From positions 8,808 through 72,807 of the forward strand of contig CANREZ010000004.1 of assembly GCA_947629745.1 (NCBI GenBank): a stretch of 64,000 bases of DNA, written 5' to 3'. The translations under genes were made by a program, and so were the position numbers. The notes beneath the pieces were generated by a model, which saw only the letters and a list, made by a program, of their open reading frames with translations, made no database searches and was not told the origin of the DNA. Position 1 is the stretch's first letter; each line of letters opens with the position of its first letter. Below are positions 53,701 to 62,582 of the stretch, piece by piece. The stretch comes from an uncultured Clostridia bacterium. GTDB lineage: Bacteria; Bacillota; Clostridia; Christensenellales; UBA1242.

Positions 53701-56430
53701 AAAGATAGCTTTAAAGTAGCAGATAAGACAGCTGATGATTTCAAATCACTATTTGAGAATGAAAAAGAGCTTGAATATGTCAAAGATTTAAAGAATAAGC
53801 TAGAAAATGTTGACAAATTCAATAAAAATAATTATGGGCTTTACAAGACAATTGTTGTTGCTCATGATGAATTTAAGGCAAAGAAAGTTGAATTTGCAGC
53901 TGAGATTGGTCTAGATGCTCTTGATAGCGAAGATAAAGTCAAGGATGCATTGAATACATTTGAAAACGATCCTAAGAATAAACCTTATTTAACACATGAT
54001 ATCTTGGATACTCATAAGGAATTAATGTTTGTTGATAAATCTGGCTTGTTTGATCCATCGCTATTTAGTGGTAAGACTATGGATGAAACCTCAGATTATT
54101 ACTTGATTCTCAAAGCCGAGACACAAAAGGAAATGTTAGAGGAAAAACTCAAGACATTTACTAAGACTACAACAAAGCATGCTGGAATATTTGGTGTATT
54201 CTCATCATCTTTACTAAGAAAGGACAAGACAACCGTTAAGAAATATGATGCTGCTCCAACTGATGGTGATGCAAAGAAAGCTGATGTTGCAGCAGAACCA
54301 GAAGTAAAGTCAGAAGACTCTAAGGAAGCAAAGAGGAGAGCAAAAGAAGAAAAGAAACTCTTTACAAAATATGTCAGTGACTTAAACAAGGGCGATACGA
54401 CAGTTGAGAATGTCATAAAATATTATAAAAATACTAATACTGAGGAATCTGGCGCAGCAAAAGCTGAAGAAGAGAAGACAGATAAGTATGAGAACTTTAG
54501 AGAGAAGAATTACATTTCACAAAATGACTTCAGGGCTGCAGTTGAGAAGTACAATGAGGAAAATCCTGACCACCAGATTGCCGATGCTGAGATTGAGCCT
54601 ATGTACGAAAAGATATATGTCGGTAGTAAATACAAAGGAAGTAGTGCATTAATCAAGAATTATGGCAAGAGCAATGTATCTGCTGATGTAAAAGATGAGG
54701 ATAAATATTCTGCATACGAGATTATCAAGTATTACAATATAGTTAAGGGTGCTATCGATCAACCAAAGGTTGCAGGAGTTGAGTACAAAACTATTTACAC
54801 AAAAGATAGAGATAAGACATATGAGAATCTTCCAAAGGCATGGCAAGATAGAGTAGATGCATTTGTAGCACAATTTAATAGTATTCGTCCATTTGAAAAT
54901 GCTGAAGAAGCTAAGAAGCAATATGTCGATGCTATCTATGAGGGAATAGAAAAAGATAAGACATTTATCAAGGCATTCGAAGATTACAATAAATTACCAA
55001 ATAAACGTTACTTAAATGTTCTAAACACAGCTATCCAGGATATGAATATTAGATTCCATCCTGCTATCGAAGCAAACATTGATACAATGAATCCTGCTGA
55101 TGCAATTATTTTGCAAAAGCTCCAAGACAAGGTTGCAAAAGATTTTGGTATCCAGAATCAAAACAAAGAAAATCAACTAAGTCATGTGACACCTGCAATT
55201 GATACTATGTTGGAGCAAGTTGGTGCTAATACTATACAAAACAACTTGATTAAAGACTTAGTTAAAGCACAAGAAAAACTTGAGGACGATTTTGAACAAC
55301 AGTGCAATAAGTTTGTAAAAGCCATTAAGAAAGAAATTAGACAAAATAAGAAAGCACCTGCATCAGAATATAAGGCTGATCAATTACTAAACGCATTCAT
55401 AACTTATAAGTTAGAGAAAGCAGGGAAGATTGATGATGATGGTAAATTTACCACAAGTGATGCATTATGGGCTATAAATGAAGTTAATAGAGATTATAAG
55501 GACTTGATGAATAATCCTGAAGGAATAATACGAACTGAATATGCAAAGAATGTCTTAAATGGTAAAGTATCTAGAATTTATCATACTAAAGCATCAAATA
55601 TGTATGCAATTATAGTAGCTAAGAAGATAAAGAAAAATAAAGTCAAGAGAGAAAATGACGGCACTTATAAGACTGTCAGAGACGAGATAAAGTCATTCTT
55701 TGATACTGTTGTAAACAAGGTAAAAGGTGTTGTAAAAGGCATTAAAGAAAATAAAGAGAATAACAAGAAGAACAAAGTAATTGATCCTGAAAAACAAAGT
55801 GAAATAGCTCGTAAAGACCGTAAAAAGAGAGCTGAGGCAGCAAAGAAGGCAGAAGAAGAGGCTGAGGCTGCAGAAGCTAAGAAACGAGCAAAGGCAGAAA
55901 AGAAAGCTAGAGAGGAAAAAGCTAGACTTCTTGGAAACTTTATTGAAGAAGTAAATAATCTACCATACCTTAATGTTGAAGATTATGATAACACCGAATT
56001 CCTCGAAGACTTACAAGAAGGCATGATGCTCTACAACGAGCAGTTACTTAATGCAATTTATGATAACGCACGCATGAACGCTACAGTACGTGAAATAGCA
56101 TATAAGAGTTATAAGGCAAAGCATACAAAAGATATCGAGGAAGCTAATATCTCTCCACTTGAAATGGTAAGGCACAGTATGCCAATTAGTGAATTTAAAA
56201 CCTATTATGCAAAGTATTTCGCAAATATAATTGGTAAAATTAAAGATGAAGATTATCGTGTATATATGAAAGACGTGCTATTAGGAAAAGAAGTCGCAGA
56301 GGCGTGGAAGAAATATAACGAGGAACTTAAGAAAGGATTTGAAGATTCTAAGAAAGAGCCTGAAGATTTAACTAAGAAAGAGCCTGAAGATTCTAAGGAA
56401 AAACCTGAATCTGGTGATGACAGGAAATAA
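50794..56430 (+). CDS. Giant (1878-aa) membrane-anchored K/E/D-rich repeat protein, function unknown
   Basis: A hydrophobic hairpin PFAYAIVASVVAFGATGKF...ITALGALGGAAALEAVGAAAL lies about 235-285 aa in. Internal modules of about 220 aa repeat (..LFKLEKEREYLQDLGEKL..NNYKAYTKY..VHVDKSGHYDE.. versus ..LFENEKELEYVKDLKNKL..NNYGLYKTI..MFVDKSGLFDP..). The tail is lysine-rich (KKRAEAAKKAEEEAEAAEAKKRAKAEKKAREEKA). Confidence 0.85.
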   Translation: MAKIYEYKFVNAKGDFSVETITSSKIKAAYDYCLKDSLLAMSLSDKDLKKAVSLIYSATDLKSGTKKVTSDKLRAALVDAIRNIPSYLKTHTDSITSSKDADFKDSLIKAVDTAFDKYDSAKDLDGKDASNRILKLDKELNRLTKEHKRENFKKAKVTTAVVDNDVLNDILTNDQDAANLLVANAHKYYDVINENDKQKDLINIVDKKGVYDKDPTAAQKIGNAILRPIKFLSRHPFAYAIVASVVAFGATGKFVPTNPAITALGALGGAAALEAVGAAALHKESKEQRISHAYRKNSKDELKLFDNAARKLEKSSNDTRSLLFLDDTSVVRFIDKVNNARKDLGGNQDVADIIAKGTSIIKTSELKFKKKYKNFSVFGKGHRNINNTINSMIYLLGADVNDESEALSIDNVKSKGSLIGDRNTISNIYKRNEPARIQKKSDNYREMTKETAKCLVLLKDSAKAADQLNYNIAALRGLLINLVNMPDEYHSQISITIKDKAGTEKALDYDGLKNLVREKLDSYRKAYMQFDHDRRCEMIARYRELDAKKDRDSFESAELQMLDRDLTADEKKLDPQYLAKSHIWVNGAKGKTEIDSKLLNLPKYSELPKDEDMKSAEAKKLAGKHYKHMDKVIAKANDKALADQVKINWNNYEDFKKKVDDKTLAKWNNDFRANYLIENFRLTNDKGEFAGYHVDVDKDNDKRTVLGKDKLVKNMDFDEIKALTDTDIQKLSVADQIRIIDAKIDHETERFTSAKLSKTDYTKLFKLEKEREYLQDLGEKLDKNNILRFNLNNYKAYTKYMLSDAKKADYEALKTACADEIKSLTTRDDLIKEYMKSFSDHGTAAMLKAFNSELVHVDKSGHYDETITGDLFEEFFKAETKRLVIKEKRRALADADKDAKNRLAKNNKAYAKYIKSVKADDLKALIDGFKDNYQIAAYEERNMKGELTRYDTKLLDDKITELNNTVTSTKDSFKVADKTADDFKSLFENEKELEYVKDLKNKLENVDKFNKNNYGLYKTIVVAHDEFKAKKVEFAAEIGLDALDSEDKVKDALNTFENDPKNKPYLTHDILDTHKELMFVDKSGLFDPSLFSGKTMDETSDYYLILKAETQKEMLEEKLKTFTKTTTKHAGIFGVFSSSLLRKDKTTVKKYDAAPTDGDAKKADVAAEPEVKSEDSKEAKRRAKEEKKLFTKYVSDLNKGDTTVENVIKYYKNTNTEESGAAKAEEEKTDKYENFREKNYISQNDFRAAVEKYNEENPDHQIADAEIEPMYEKIYVGSKYKGSSALIKNYGKSNVSADVKDEDKYSAYEIIKYYNIVKGAIDQPKVAGVEYKTIYTKDRDKTYENLPKAWQDRVDAFVAQFNSIRPFENAEEAKKQYVDAIYEGIEKDKTFIKAFEDYNKLPNKRYLNVLNTAIQDMNIRFHPAIEANIDTMNPADAIILQKLQDKVAKDFGIQNQNKENQLSHVTPAIDTMLEQVGANTIQNNLIKDLVKAQEKLEDDFEQQCNKFVKAIKKEIRQNKKAPASEYKADQLLNAFITYKLEKAGKIDDDGKFTTSDALWAINEVNRDYKDLMNNPEGIIRTEYAKNVLNGKVSRIYHTKASNMYAIIVAKKIKKNKVKRENDGTYKTVRDEIKSFFDTVVNKVKGVVKGIKENKENNKKNKVIDPEKQSEIARKDRKKRAEAAKKAEEEAEAAEAKKRAKAEKKAREEKARLLGNFIEEVNNLPYLNVEDYDNTEFLEDLQEGMMLYNEQLLNAIYDNARMNATVREIAYKSYKAKHTKDIEEANISPLEMVRHSMPISEFKTYYAKYFANIIGKIKDEDYRVYMKDVLLGKEVAEAWKKYNEELKKGFEDSKKEPEDLTKKEPEDSKEKPESGDDRK

Positions 56431-56495
56431 TTTAGACATTTTATCCGCTTGGATAGATAGTTTAGATTATTCCATCCAAGTATTTCACTAACCAA

Positions 56496-56529
56496 AAGAT
56501 ATGTGTCAATTTGACACATATCTTTTTTT
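56496..56529 (+). terminator. Rho-independent terminator of the 1878-aa gene
   Basis: Long palindrome AAGATATGTGTCAA / TTGACACATATCTT followed by T7. Confidence 0.85.
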
Positions 56530-56530
56530 A

Positions 56531-56725
56531 CCCATTGAATATATTATTTTTGATATTCTGTGAAATGACGATGCAATGGAGTTTTTAACAATCTTAACCA
56601 TAGAACGGATTATTTTTGATATTCTGTGAAATGTTATAAAAATTATATATTATTTTGTCCATTCCATTAGATGGATAATTTTTGATGATTTGTCAAATGA
56701 GTGATGGATATTTACTGCATGATAG
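56531..56725. repeat. Tandem repeat, 3 copies at an exact 66-bp period (plus a partial 4th)
   Basis: The 24-nt core TTATTTTTGATATTCTGTGAAATG occurs at 56544-56567 and identically at 56610-56633. The diverged copy TAATTTTTGATGATTTGTCAAATG is at 56676-56699. Flanks (CCATTGAATA / CCATTAGATGGA) are also related, and GATGGATATTT recurs at 56703. Confidence 0.8.
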
Positions 56726-56889
56726 GCGATTAGGATAATATATTTTAAAGTATTATCCAAAGGGTAGAGATAGCGGGTTGTGTTTAGGGTATTCCTTTGG
56801 ATAAAAAATGTGGGATTTTGTGTCGAGGGGATGGATTATATATTCATTTGCATTTGACGAAAATGTAGGAAATAGAATATAATTATAAC

Positions 56890-57780
56890 GTGGAAAAGAA
56901 TAGAGATTATAACAAAAATATATTTGGATACGAAGTAGATCTAAAGAAACTACTGATTTATGGTGCAATATATCTACTGATCATTGCTATCCTGGTTATC
57001 ATTGATAGATTCGCTATGCATGTCAGTTGGTACGGTGTGTTAGTCGGCAGTGGATTCCTATTTGGGCTTGGATTATTCTGTGTGACGAGCAAGACACGGG
57101 GGATAAAAAAGGATTTCCCGTTCAACCTCATTTGCTGGGTGTTCCCATTTGCCATTGTTGGCGCTAGACTATACTATGTGTTATTCAGACTAGATTACTA
57201 CGCTCACCAACCGTTTATCGAATCCATCGCTGTGTGGAAGGGTGGTCTTGCTATCTACGGCGGAATACTTGCTGGGATCCTTGCAGTATTCATCGCGTGC
57301 CGGGTGCACAAAGAGAGTTTCATCGACTGTCTAGATTGTCTCGCCCCTTGTATGATACTCGGACAAGCTATAGGCAGGTGGGGAAATTTTATAAACCAAG
57401 AGGCTTATGGCATAGAGATCACCAACCCAAATTGGCAGTTCTTCCCATTTGCAGTATACATAGATAGAGTTGCCGAGTGGCACCTTGCCACATTCTTCAT
57501 CGAGAGTATGTGGTGCCTAATAGGTTGCATTGCTTTGCTTGTGATATTAAGGAAAACTCATTCCAAGGGCATTGCTCTATGCTCCTATGGACTAATCTAC
57601 GGCGCTGAGCGTGTAGTGGTCGAGGGCTTTAGGACAGACAGTCTCTGGGCTAACATATTCGGCTGGAACGTCAGGATATCCCAATTGTTATCTGGTGTGA
57701 TTATTGTGGTATCAATCATCGCTCTTATTACAATAATTATATGTAATAGGAGACGCAATGAAAAGGAGCACAATATATAA
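56890..57780 (+). CDS. lgt: Prolipoprotein diacylglyceryl transferase
   Basis: HVSWYGVLVGSGF, GGLAIYGGILAG and GRWGNFINQEAYG motifs. The GTG start at 56890 is uncertain. Confidence 0.9.
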   Translation: MEKNRDYNKNIFGYEVDLKKLLIYGAIYLLIIAILVIIDRFAMHVSWYGVLVGSGFLFGLGLFCVTSKTRGIKKDFPFNLICWVFPFAIVGARLYYVLFRLDYYAHQPFIESIAVWKGGLAIYGGILAGILAVFIACRVHKESFIDCLDCLAPCMILGQAIGRWGNFINQEAYGIEITNPNWQFFPFAVYIDRVAEWHLATFFIESMWCLIGCIALLVILRKTHSKGIALCSYGLIYGAERVVVEGFRTDSLWANIFGWNVRISQLLSGVIIVVSIIALITIIICNRRRNEKEHNI

Positions 57781-58243
57781 CTTATCTCTAGCAGGCAGCG
57801 TAGTTATTGCAGGTCTCATTACCCTTGTGCTATACTTCCTAAATGTAAATATTTATCCACTATTCCTAAGTATATTTTCCTTTTGCCTAGGCGTCACGTG
57901 CATCATTCGTGCATATCTATACCGAAGCATGAGCACACTAGCCTTAGCGCTACTACTGATACTCGGGGATGTAGTCTTCATGTTAGATATTTATTACAAT
58001 CTAACGCGGGATGCCTATATCGCTATGTTTGCAATAATACTAACTATTATTAGCGGGATGGTTTACATCATATTTTCATCAATTCGCGCGAAGATTGCGT
58101 GCTTTACACTTGCACCCATTGCAGTGGTCACCACACTTGTTGCATACAGATTAGTAAACATTTGGGTAGAGATAAGTGTGATAGCTTCAAGCGTAATTTT
58201 AGCTATAATTTTTATAAAATTTTACAAGAAAAATAATTCATAG
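57758..58243 (+). CDS. Hypothetical polytopic membrane protein (161 aa)
   Basis: Five hydrophobic helices. The start overlaps the lgt stop. No family was recognised. Confidence 0.6.
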   Translation: MKRSTIYNLSLAGSVVIAGLITLVLYFLNVNIYPLFLSIFSFCLGVTCIIRAYLYRSMSTLALALLLILGDVVFMLDIYYNLTRDAYIAMFAIILTIISGMVYIIFSSIRAKIACFTLAPIAVVTTLVAYRLVNIWVEISVIASSVILAIIFIKFYKKNNS

Positions 58244-58251
58244 GAGAAGAC

Positions 58252-59061
58252 ATGGACAGATTCAACAAGACAAAGAATGGTTACAATCCGGACGAGGTCG
58301 AGCGTTACATCACCCAGATGACCAAGCGCTACGAATCGCGAATTGCTGACCTAAAGAATGAAAATGTCGCAAGCACCACGCTGATAAACAACCTAACTAG
58401 TGTGGTGGATGGATACAAGTTGCAGGAACAACAAATAGCTCGTGCACTCATTAGTGCTGTGTCAAAAGCGGAAGAGATTGAGCAAAATGCCCGAAATGAA
58501 GCGCTAGCGCAGATAGAAAATATCCGCTCAATTCAAGCCGAGTGTGAGAAGTTGTTGAATAAGATGAAGGAGTCATCTGCTAGTAACAATTTCGCTAAAT
58601 CCCTAAGCGCTCTACGAAATAGCCTAGATACACTAGAAGGCAAATTACCAAAGAAAGATACCTATAGGAAAGCGATGAAGGAGAATGGTAATAACTACAT
58701 CCGAAATGTGCTAAACAAGATGGATTATGTAGTGAATGCAGCTCCATCCGATGACGTGGCAGAGACACTTGAGACTCTAGATATAAAGGAACACGAGAAG
58801 AGTAATGATAGGATTAAGTCCATTGGTGGCAGATTGCAGAGTATTTCTCAAAAAGTTGCTCTCGGTGGCACACTTGCCCAGCGCTACCTCGATAGCGAGA
58901 TAGAGGATCACAACAATGCATATTTCAAGAATTTTGCTCAAGCACCAAAGAAAGCCGAGCCTGAATATGCATTTGACCTAGATAGTGTGTTGACACCTGA
59001 TGAGAACTTGGAAGAGATCATGTCCAGTTTTGATTTCTACGACCCAGAAAAGAAGAAATAA
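58252..59061 (+). CDS. DivIVA-domain protein
   Basis: The N-terminus DRFNKTKNGYNPDEVERYI matches the DivIVA/GpsB lipid-binding domain motif (F..x..GY.x.EV..), followed by coiled coil. Confidence 0.75.
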   Translation: MDRFNKTKNGYNPDEVERYITQMTKRYESRIADLKNENVASTTLINNLTSVVDGYKLQEQQIARALISAVSKAEEIEQNARNEALAQIENIRSIQAECEKLLNKMKESSASNNFAKSLSALRNSLDTLEGKLPKKDTYRKAMKENGNNYIRNVLNKMDYVVNAAPSDDVAETLETLDIKEHEKSNDRIKSIGGRLQSISQKVALGGTLAQRYLDSEIEDHNNAYFKNFAQAPKKAEPEYAFDLDSVLTPDENLEEIMSSFDFYDPEKKK

Positions 59062-59167
59062 AAGAATACATCAAGATATGAGTATATGTGCATACAAAAT
59101 ATTTTGATGTATTTTTAGTAATTGACATTTACTTGATTAAACATTAAACTACTATATAGGAGAGATT

Positions 59168-60553
59168 ATGAGGCATATAGATAATAGTCTACACAAATTG
59201 CTAAGATATATCCTTTATCTTGCTGCAATATGTATATTTGCCATAGTGATAATGCCTACTTTTTGTCTAGAAGACGCCAGTGTCCTTGCTGATCCTGGGG
59301 AAGACAAAGTGGTGACAGCTAACCAAGTGGACGATGTAAATCTATACAAAGCACTATGCCTGTCATATGGCCAGACGCCAATACTGACTGAGCTTCGCAC
59401 CAATATGTTCCTGGATGCTAGCCACACGACTCCGCTACTTACTAGCAGCAAATATGTAGGGCAGAGTGGAGTGCTCGACTTAGCGTATTTACTAAGTTTA
59501 GTGGATGCTGAGCGCACCGATCCAGTGGATTTTGAGGGTCTAGCGTACTTCGACATGAGCGATATTAAAGTGTTAGATATCTCCGGCACAAAGATTTCGT
59601 TCAATAGAACATTCCTTAGTGCGTTGCCAAATTTAGAGAAAATTTATCTAAACGATGTGACGTTTTCTAGTTCCCCAAGGGCTGTACTTGGTGGCATATC
59701 CAATAAAATTACTTATATCGAGATGAAAAATGCAGGAGTAAGCGAGCTTGACTTATCCTACATCCAGACACCAAATACTGTGTATGTAAATCTTGAGGGC
59801 AACGACTTTGAGAGCCTAAACGACATAAAAGTGGGCACAGTGGTCGAGGGTGGCACATTCCTAAATATAAACTTACTAAATTGTGACAAACTAAATGCGA
59901 CCATCAATGCTGCAGGCAATGCGTTATTTGAGTTTGGCCCAGCACTAAATGCTCGTGGCAGATACACCAGTGCCGAACCAATCAAATATTTTAGTTTCGG
60001 CGATATGAGTGCATTTGGATACGACGACGGGATAGTATTTGCTATCTACAGCGGCACCGAACGAATTGATGTATACAGTGAAAATACCGATATTACTCTC
60101 CCTGTTGGCAACTACAAGGGATATTTTGAGACAAATTCAGGTGAGAAGATTGGAGATAAGGAATACGATATAGCCTTCATACCTGATTCGCCAAAGGCCG
60201 TAATTGTGTGGCAGGGCAAGGAATATGAGGAGTACAAAGATAAGATTAACGGCAGGCCAACTATCCGCGTGCTTGATACTGATGGCAAGGAAATATACTA
60301 TATGATAGGCACAGGTGATTGGCAAAAACTCGATGGTGACACCATATACGCCAATCACTCAGGGGCATTCAATGTGCAGATCAAGGTGGTGGAAAACGGC
60401 GTCGACTCGGACCCATATATAATACATCTTACCACCAGCATCAATGGGACAATACCAGATACACTGTTATTTGTAATACTGCTACTAGTATTCGTATTAT
60501 TCGTATTTGGCCTAGTGCCACTTATCAAATGGGTGATGAAGCGCAGAGGATAG
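59168..60553 (+). CDS. Leucine-rich-repeat surface protein with C-terminal TM anchor
   Basis: An N-terminal signal anchor is followed by LRR-like units (LDISGTKISFNRTFLSALPNLEKIYLNDVTF, VSELDLSYIQTPNTVYVNLEGNDFESLNDI). The C-terminus is LLFVILLLVFVLFVFGLVPLIKWVMKRRG. Confidence 0.7.
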   Translation: MRHIDNSLHKLLRYILYLAAICIFAIVIMPTFCLEDASVLADPGEDKVVTANQVDDVNLYKALCLSYGQTPILTELRTNMFLDASHTTPLLTSSKYVGQSGVLDLAYLLSLVDAERTDPVDFEGLAYFDMSDIKVLDISGTKISFNRTFLSALPNLEKIYLNDVTFSSSPRAVLGGISNKITYIEMKNAGVSELDLSYIQTPNTVYVNLEGNDFESLNDIKVGTVVEGGTFLNINLLNCDKLNATINAAGNALFEFGPALNARGRYTSAEPIKYFSFGDMSAFGYDDGIVFAIYSGTERIDVYSENTDITLPVGNYKGYFETNSGEKIGDKEYDIAFIPDSPKAVIVWQGKEYEEYKDKINGRPTIRVLDTDGKEIYYMIGTGDWQKLDGDTIYANHSGAFNVQIKVVENGVDSDPYIIHLTTSINGTIPDTLLFVILLLVFVLFVFGLVPLIKWVMKRRG

Positions 60554-60734
60554 TGATCTAGTAGCATAACTATTCTCATGATTAAATATGTGAATGGGTT
60601 AAACTATTAACCTGGTTCAAAAATACTTGGATTGTATAAGATATCTTATAACTAAAATATAAGTGGATGGCATAGGTCATTCACTTTTTTATTAGTCCGG
60701 TATTAAATGTGTCAATTAGGAAAGACTTTAATAT

Positions 60735-61541
60735 ATGGAATTTATTAGGAAGCACATCAATATTATAGTCGTGGCGGCAGTAGTGCTAGTGGCAGGAGTT
60801 GTGGCACTAGGGATATCCCTATCTGGCATGAAAAATGGCGACTACGACTATGTGATGATAGATACCCCTGGCAAAGTGGAGATGATAGTGACCAAGGATC
60901 GGGTGATAGACTCGGTGTATGCGAGAAATGACGAAGGCGCTATGCTACTATCCCTTAGGGAATACATTGGCTCGGATCTAGAGGAGGCTATTGACCTGAT
61001 GCTATACGACAGCATGAGACTAGGCCTGATAGACACAACTGTGGATGACAAGGAGTCGAATAATTGCATCAAACTCACTGTAGTGTCAGGTCTTACCAAT
61101 TCGCTAGAGAAGCGTGTATTTACTCGTGTGTACCAGTACCTATCTCGCCACCAAGTATATGCGGTGATACTAGAGAACGAAAAGGATATGAAGATAATTC
61201 GCATGGCAAGGGAATACCAGATATCTAGCCCGGATAAGATGGAGTTAATCAATTCTATCGAGGAGGAGTCGGGCAAGAATATTACCTTGATTCGAGGGGA
61301 AACTGAGGAAGAGCTAATAGATATGATACGAGATATTCATCTTGGGCGTACTTCTTATACCCAATATCTATCCATGGCTGATGAGAGACTATCTATGTAT
61401 GAGAGTAAATTTTTTGACCACGAAGAGAGTGTTTCTGACAAAACTGCGCGTGAATTTGCCACAAAATATGAAAAATATTTAAAGGCGAACAACACGCGTT
61501 TTGAATTGGATCTGAAAAAAGCCCGACTCGGTGAGGCGTAA
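60735..61541 (+). CDS. Hypothetical N-terminally anchored membrane protein (268 aa)
   Basis: A single N-terminal TM (IIVVAAVVLVAGVVALGISL) precedes a hydrophilic domain. No family was recognised with confidence. Confidence 0.6.
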   Translation: MEFIRKHINIIVVAAVVLVAGVVALGISLSGMKNGDYDYVMIDTPGKVEMIVTKDRVIDSVYARNDEGAMLLSLREYIGSDLEEAIDLMLYDSMRLGLIDTTVDDKESNNCIKLTVVSGLTNSLEKRVFTRVYQYLSRHQVYAVILENEKDMKIIRMAREYQISSPDKMELINSIEEESGKNITLIRGETEEELIDMIRDIHLGRTSYTQYLSMADERLSMYESKFFDHEESVSDKTAREFATKYEKYLKANNTRFELDLKKARLGEA

Positions 61542-61606
61542 TTGCTTGTCAAAAGATAGGAATTTTGATATCTTAGGATAATATCTTTTTAAGGAGTCTA
61601 TCCATT

Positions 61607-62440
61607 ATGGAGAAAGTATTATTCTATCTATCCGGCAGTAGTGGGGTTGGGAAGAATACTGTAATAGGCAAAATCACTGAGTCTGATCCAAGCATTCATT
61701 ATCTAGTGAGTTACACCACACGTGGTATGCGCCCAGGCGAGAGCGAGTGCAAACCTTATCACTTCATATCCACCGACGAATTCAATAAATTGGTTGCTAG
61801 TCGCAGGATCATCGAGTTTGATAATTACAATGGCAATTATTATGGGCACTGTCTAGATACCATTCTTGAGGAATTGGAAGATCACAGGGCGGTGATAAAG
61901 GATCTGACCATTGCGGGAGTGGAGCAGGCCCTCCACATAGTGCGTGAGAAGCTAAAAGTGGTGACAATATTTGTCACTGAGTCAAAGTATATTATAAAGA
62001 AGAGACTGATAAGTCGTGGTGAGCCAGATTACAAAGCAAGGCTCCGAGAGTATGACAAAGAACAACGCGCGATGTTCAAGTATGACTATGTGATAAAGAA
62101 TAAAGACCTTAACCTTAGCACGGACGCAGTGCGAGCAATTATTGATATTGAGACTGGCACAAATTCTATGCTTAGCAACGAGTCTTGCGACAAAGTGAGA
62201 TTGTCTAAGATAGTGAGACTAGAGAATAAACTCTTAAAAGGCAAGCGTGTAAAGCCTGTGAAAATTGGCCTTCGTGATGGTAGGCTGTATATCCTAAAGG
62301 GCATCAACACATATCTTGCTAGCCTAAAATGTGGCAAGACTGTATCAAAGTGTTTATGTTTTGGGCCATTTGATATGAAGTTGGATAGCCATGCACAAGA
62401 TGAATGGGAAAAAGTGAAAAATAGTTTTAAGATGAAATAA
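61607..62440 (+). CDS. Guanylate-kinase-like P-loop domain fused to a ParB/Srx-like C-terminal domain
   Basis: The Gmk pattern is LSGSSGVGKNTV...SYTTRGMRPGESECKPYHFISTDEF...GNYYG...YDYVIKN. The C-terminal ~90 aa (VRLSKIVRLENK...VKPVKIGLRDGRLYILKGINTYLASLKCGK) resemble the ParB N-terminal-domain layout, but the G-x-x-R motif is replaced. Confidence 0.7.
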   Translation: MEKVLFYLSGSSGVGKNTVIGKITESDPSIHYLVSYTTRGMRPGESECKPYHFISTDEFNKLVASRRIIEFDNYNGNYYGHCLDTILEELEDHRAVIKDLTIAGVEQALHIVREKLKVVTIFVTESKYIIKKRLISRGEPDYKARLREYDKEQRAMFKYDYVIKNKDLNLSTDAVRAIIDIETGTNSMLSNESCDKVRLSKIVRLENKLLKGKRVKPVKIGLRDGRLYILKGINTYLASLKCGKTVSKCLCFGPFDMKLDSHAQDEWEKVKNSFKMK

Positions 62441-62582
62441 ATTAATTGACTAGGAATGAGTGAAATTTTGTGGAAGTAGCACGAGATTACATGGGCCTAG
62501 TCAATTTTATTTTTTGGGTGTTTAATATTGACTAGGAGTGTGGTTATAAGTTATAATTTATATATACTAAGAGGATAGTTAA

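Noticed and set aside
56531-56725. Regularly spaced 24-nt repeats that could be a mini CRISPR array.
   Set aside because: There are only three copies and the third is degenerate. The 'spacers' are themselves related between units, so the whole 66-bp unit is the repeat. The repeat lacks typical CRISPR termini and no cas genes are in the window.
56753-56804. DnaA-box-like 9-mers (TTATCCAAA and TTTGGATAA, one mismatch each from TTATCCACA) near an AT-rich repeat array, suggesting a replication origin.
   Set aside because: There are only two one-mismatch boxes, and they are simply the two arms of one inverted repeat. No dnaA or dnaN is nearby and there are no perfect boxes, so the evidence is insufficient.
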